Part shown: one piece after another, positions 54,924 to 56,592 of the stretch
Position numbering within the stretch: the first letter of the stretch is position 1
Layout of the letters: every line of letters starts with the position of its first letter
From: a virus
Lineage: Duplodnaviria; Caudoviricetes
Reading direction: 5' to 3' (one strand)
Length of the DNA: 56,592 bases
Virus record (IMG/VR): IMGVR_UViG_3300035666_000025
Location: 1 to 56,592 of that record
Notes under the pieces: generated by a model
What the model saw: the letters and a program-made list of their open reading frames with translations, nothing else
What the model was told of the DNA's origin: nothing
The model's database searches: none
Program-made: the position numbers and the translations under genes

Positions 54924-55594
54924 AGCGCACCTGCATACGGATTGATTGCAGCAGGCTTGGCTGGACCTTGCTTTTCATTGAGCACCCAATTCTTGAACGT
55001 CTTATCCCAATCAAGCTTGGTTGCATCCTTGCCTGACTTAGCTTGCCAGTAGTTCATGAACGACATAACCGTGGTTCTCAAGTTCAAGTCTGGCCTTTCC
55101 TTACGAGCAAAAGCAATCAACTCATCACTTGGTTCCCAATCAGCAGGCAAGCGCGTAGCGCGGCTCTCTCTGGTTCTTGGTTCTTGGTTCTTGGTTGCTA
55201 TTGGGGTAGCATTGCCCTCCCTTATGCCCTCCCCATTACCCTCCCCATTAGGTAGGCTATACCCACCCTCTTGCCTGGCTTTATCCCACCTAATGCGTGC
55301 CCCTTTGGCCCCGCCATCCTTTTGCTTAGTGAACGAAGCAATCTCCTTGTCGCAGCGCTTGTTGGTGTAGCAATCGCCCTGCAAAACAAAAAATTCTTTC
55401 AGTAAGCCGTCAATTTCAACTACTGCTCCAGGCATGCGAATAAGCCTGGCAATCCTAGCTGGATCGTTGGGCAGGGGCTTTTGGTTTAAGTAATACAGGT
55501 CGAGCATGCGCCTGTATGCAAGGTCCTCAGTATCAGTGAGGTGGCTAGTGTGGGCCTGATAATCCCCCACATGGAACGGATAGAAACGCATCAT
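54920..55594 (-). CDS. Replication initiator (YdaU/DUF1376, lambda-O-like)
   Basis: YPFHVGDY...T.HL...E..AYRR.LD.YY; C-terminal TRLP.DW.P...F..YW...K.DW..TF.NW. Confidence 0.85.
   Translation of the reverse strand: MMRFYPFHVGDYQAHTSHLTDTEDLAYRRMLDLYYLNQKPLPNDPARIARLIRMPGAVVEIDGLLKEFFVLQGDCYTNKRCDKEIASFTKQKDGGAKGARIRWDKARQEGGYSLPNGEGNGEGIREGNATPIATKNQEPRTRESRATRLPADWEPSDELIAFARKERPDLNLRTTVMSFMNYWQAKSGKDATKLDWDKTFKNWVLNEKQGPAKPAAINPYAGAL
55170..55270. repeat. Iteron-like repeats within initiator gene (putative origin)
   Basis: Tandem TGGTTCT 7-mers and about four 12-bp units resembling ATTRCCCTCCCC in the linker region. Confidence 0.55.
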
Positions 55595-55684
55595 AACCCT
55601 CGTCAAAGGCTTATCGTCACTGAGGTTGGGCGTTGGCAGGGGGGTGACGAATCCCCTTTTCGCTCCGTCGAGCTAGCCATGCCC
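55595..55684 (-). ncRNA. Structured RNA leader upstream of the initiator (C4-antisense-like architecture)
   Basis: Three-way junction; loop TCGTCAC complementary to downstream GTGACGA and TGACGA next to the RBS. Confidence 0.55.
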
Positions 55685-55689
55685 TGTGG

Positions 55690-55718
55690 ACTTTACCTAA
55701 TGCTTGGTTGGTGTGCAA
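55690..55718 (-). promoter_or_regulatory. Sigma70-like promoter for the leader and replication genes
   Basis: TTGCAC-17 bp-TAAAGT; start site would fall at the 5' end of the structure. Confidence 0.55.
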
Positions 55719-55963
55719 GCAAAAGTTTGGATCATCTCGCGCAGCTTGCTATCGACATCTGACCAATAGCTTTCAAAGGCTGCGGCACCGTTGTTCTCAG
55801 CAATACCTAGGCAGATCTTAGTCAGCATCGTGAGCGCTACGCTGTTGAAGACTTGCTCGGCAAAGTTACTGTCATGCTGCTCTTCAATAAGATCGATGTG
55901 ATGACCGATGCTTTTGACCATCGCAAAAGCTGTCTTGGCTATCTCAATCTCGGTCTTAGTCAT
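55697..55963 (-). CDS. Hypothetical protein
   Basis: ATGA coupling. Confidence 0.65.
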   Translation of the reverse strand: MTKTEIEIAKTAFAMVKSIGHHIDLIEEQHDSNFAEQVFNSVALTMLTKICLGIAENNGAAAFESYWSDVDSKLREMIQTFACTPTKH

Positions 55964-56325
55964 TTTATGATTCTCCCCAATCGGTTCAGGACTGCGTGCT
56001 CTTGAGCCACTACCAGATCATGGTTCGGGTTTTGCATTTTGGCTGCCGTTTCGCACAAATCCGCAAGCAGCAAGTGCAACACCTCATGAATTGCTAGTGT
56101 TTCGACATTGGTAATAAAACCAAAGTCCCCTTCGGAGTTAATTGTCAACCGTATCGATGCATTCTTGCTGACCGTGTTGTATTGCGTTTGTGCGGCAATT
56201 CCATTCCCGATCTGCTCATGCGTGATCGACAAATGCCACTCGGTCATGCCTAATTCATTGATCAATGACTGCACTTTGGCAGCAAACCGCTTAAAATCTG
56301 AAGCTAAAAAAATATGGGTTTTCAC
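55960..56325 (-). CDS. HExxH zincin metallopeptidase-like protein
   Basis: LAIHEVLHLLL plus downstream E (QEH). Confidence 0.7.
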   Translation of the reverse strand: MKTHIFLASDFKRFAAKVQSLINELGMTEWHLSITHEQIGNGIAAQTQYNTVSKNASIRLTINSEGDFGFITNVETLAIHEVLHLLLADLCETAAKMQNPNHDLVVAQEHAVLNRLGRIIK

Positions 56326-56567
56326 TGCTTACCCCTTGCTCGTATGGCGGCGGCGCATCTCTCAATCGTTGGCCCATGCGTCAATGCTTTTGAATCTTTT
56401 GGCAAAGGAATATCCTCACACACCTTTGCACACGCAGAACGCTCAGCAGCAGCAACAAGGGCGGCGAATGCTTCAAGCTGCCCTTCCCAACAAGTCCACC
56501 CAAGGCCATACTTTGCGATCCCCGCCTTCCGCGCCATCTTGACTATGTCTTCTTGGGCCATGCTCAC
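56322..56567 (-). CDS. Conserved small phage protein (FAALVAAAER.ACAKVC...CAAAIRARG)
   Basis: Recognisable motif; an upstream partial gene ends in a similar motif at the window edge. Confidence 0.75.
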   Translation of the reverse strand: MSMAQEDIVKMARKAGIAKYGLGWTCWEGQLEAFAALVAAAERSACAKVCEDIPLPKDSKALTHGPTIERCAAAIRARGKQ

Positions 56568-56592
56568 CTCATTCCTCGTATGGCGGTGGCGC

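Larger units (their letters stand above)
1..56592. mobile_element. Tailed dsDNA bacteriophage genome (podovirus-like), near-complete
   Basis: TerS, TerL, portal, capsid, tail adaptors, ejection proteins, lysis and replication genes in typical order; no host housekeeping genes; no tape measure or sheath recognised. Confidence 0.95.

Noticed and set aside
1-56592. tRNA genes, introns/inteins or alternative genetic code
   Set aside because: No cloverleaf noticed by eye (tRNAscan-SE not run); core genes are intact and of normal length under the standard code

Overview
This window is most of the genome of a tailed dsDNA phage with a podovirus-like layout; no flanking host genes are visible. Positions 1-7.4 kb (+) hold early genes: an SSB-like protein, a PD-(D/E)xK exonuclease, a Gp49/Sf6-gp66 family protein and many small ORFs. 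Positions 7.4-56.6 kb (-), in transcription order, hold replication and recombination genes (lambda-O-like initiator, DnaB/gp4-like helicase, RusA), TerS, TerL, a 1650-aa polyvalent effector protein, portal, GroES, scaffold, capsid, adaptors, tail fibres, lysis genes, tail tube/nozzle and ejection proteins. Two candidate undescribed systems stand out. (1) A 10.6-kb block (22.5-33.1 kb) interleaves a proline-free (Gly-X-Ser)n fibre and an RCC1-repeat fibre with about five glycosyltransferase units, a methyltransferase, a sulfotransferase and an APS-kinase/HxGH-nucleotidyltransferase fusion. This suggests a phage-encoded sulfated-glycan virion coating pathway. (2) A short hydrophobic-x-x-Gly-Gly motif recurs in six late proteins and brackets the effector modules of the polyvalent protein, suggesting a processing or packaging signal. 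Non-coding features include twin promoter cassettes sharing an ACAAGYGG box, a structured RNA leader before the initiator and a 10-bp repeat array after rusA. All family calls come from motif recognition by eye; no database searches were run.
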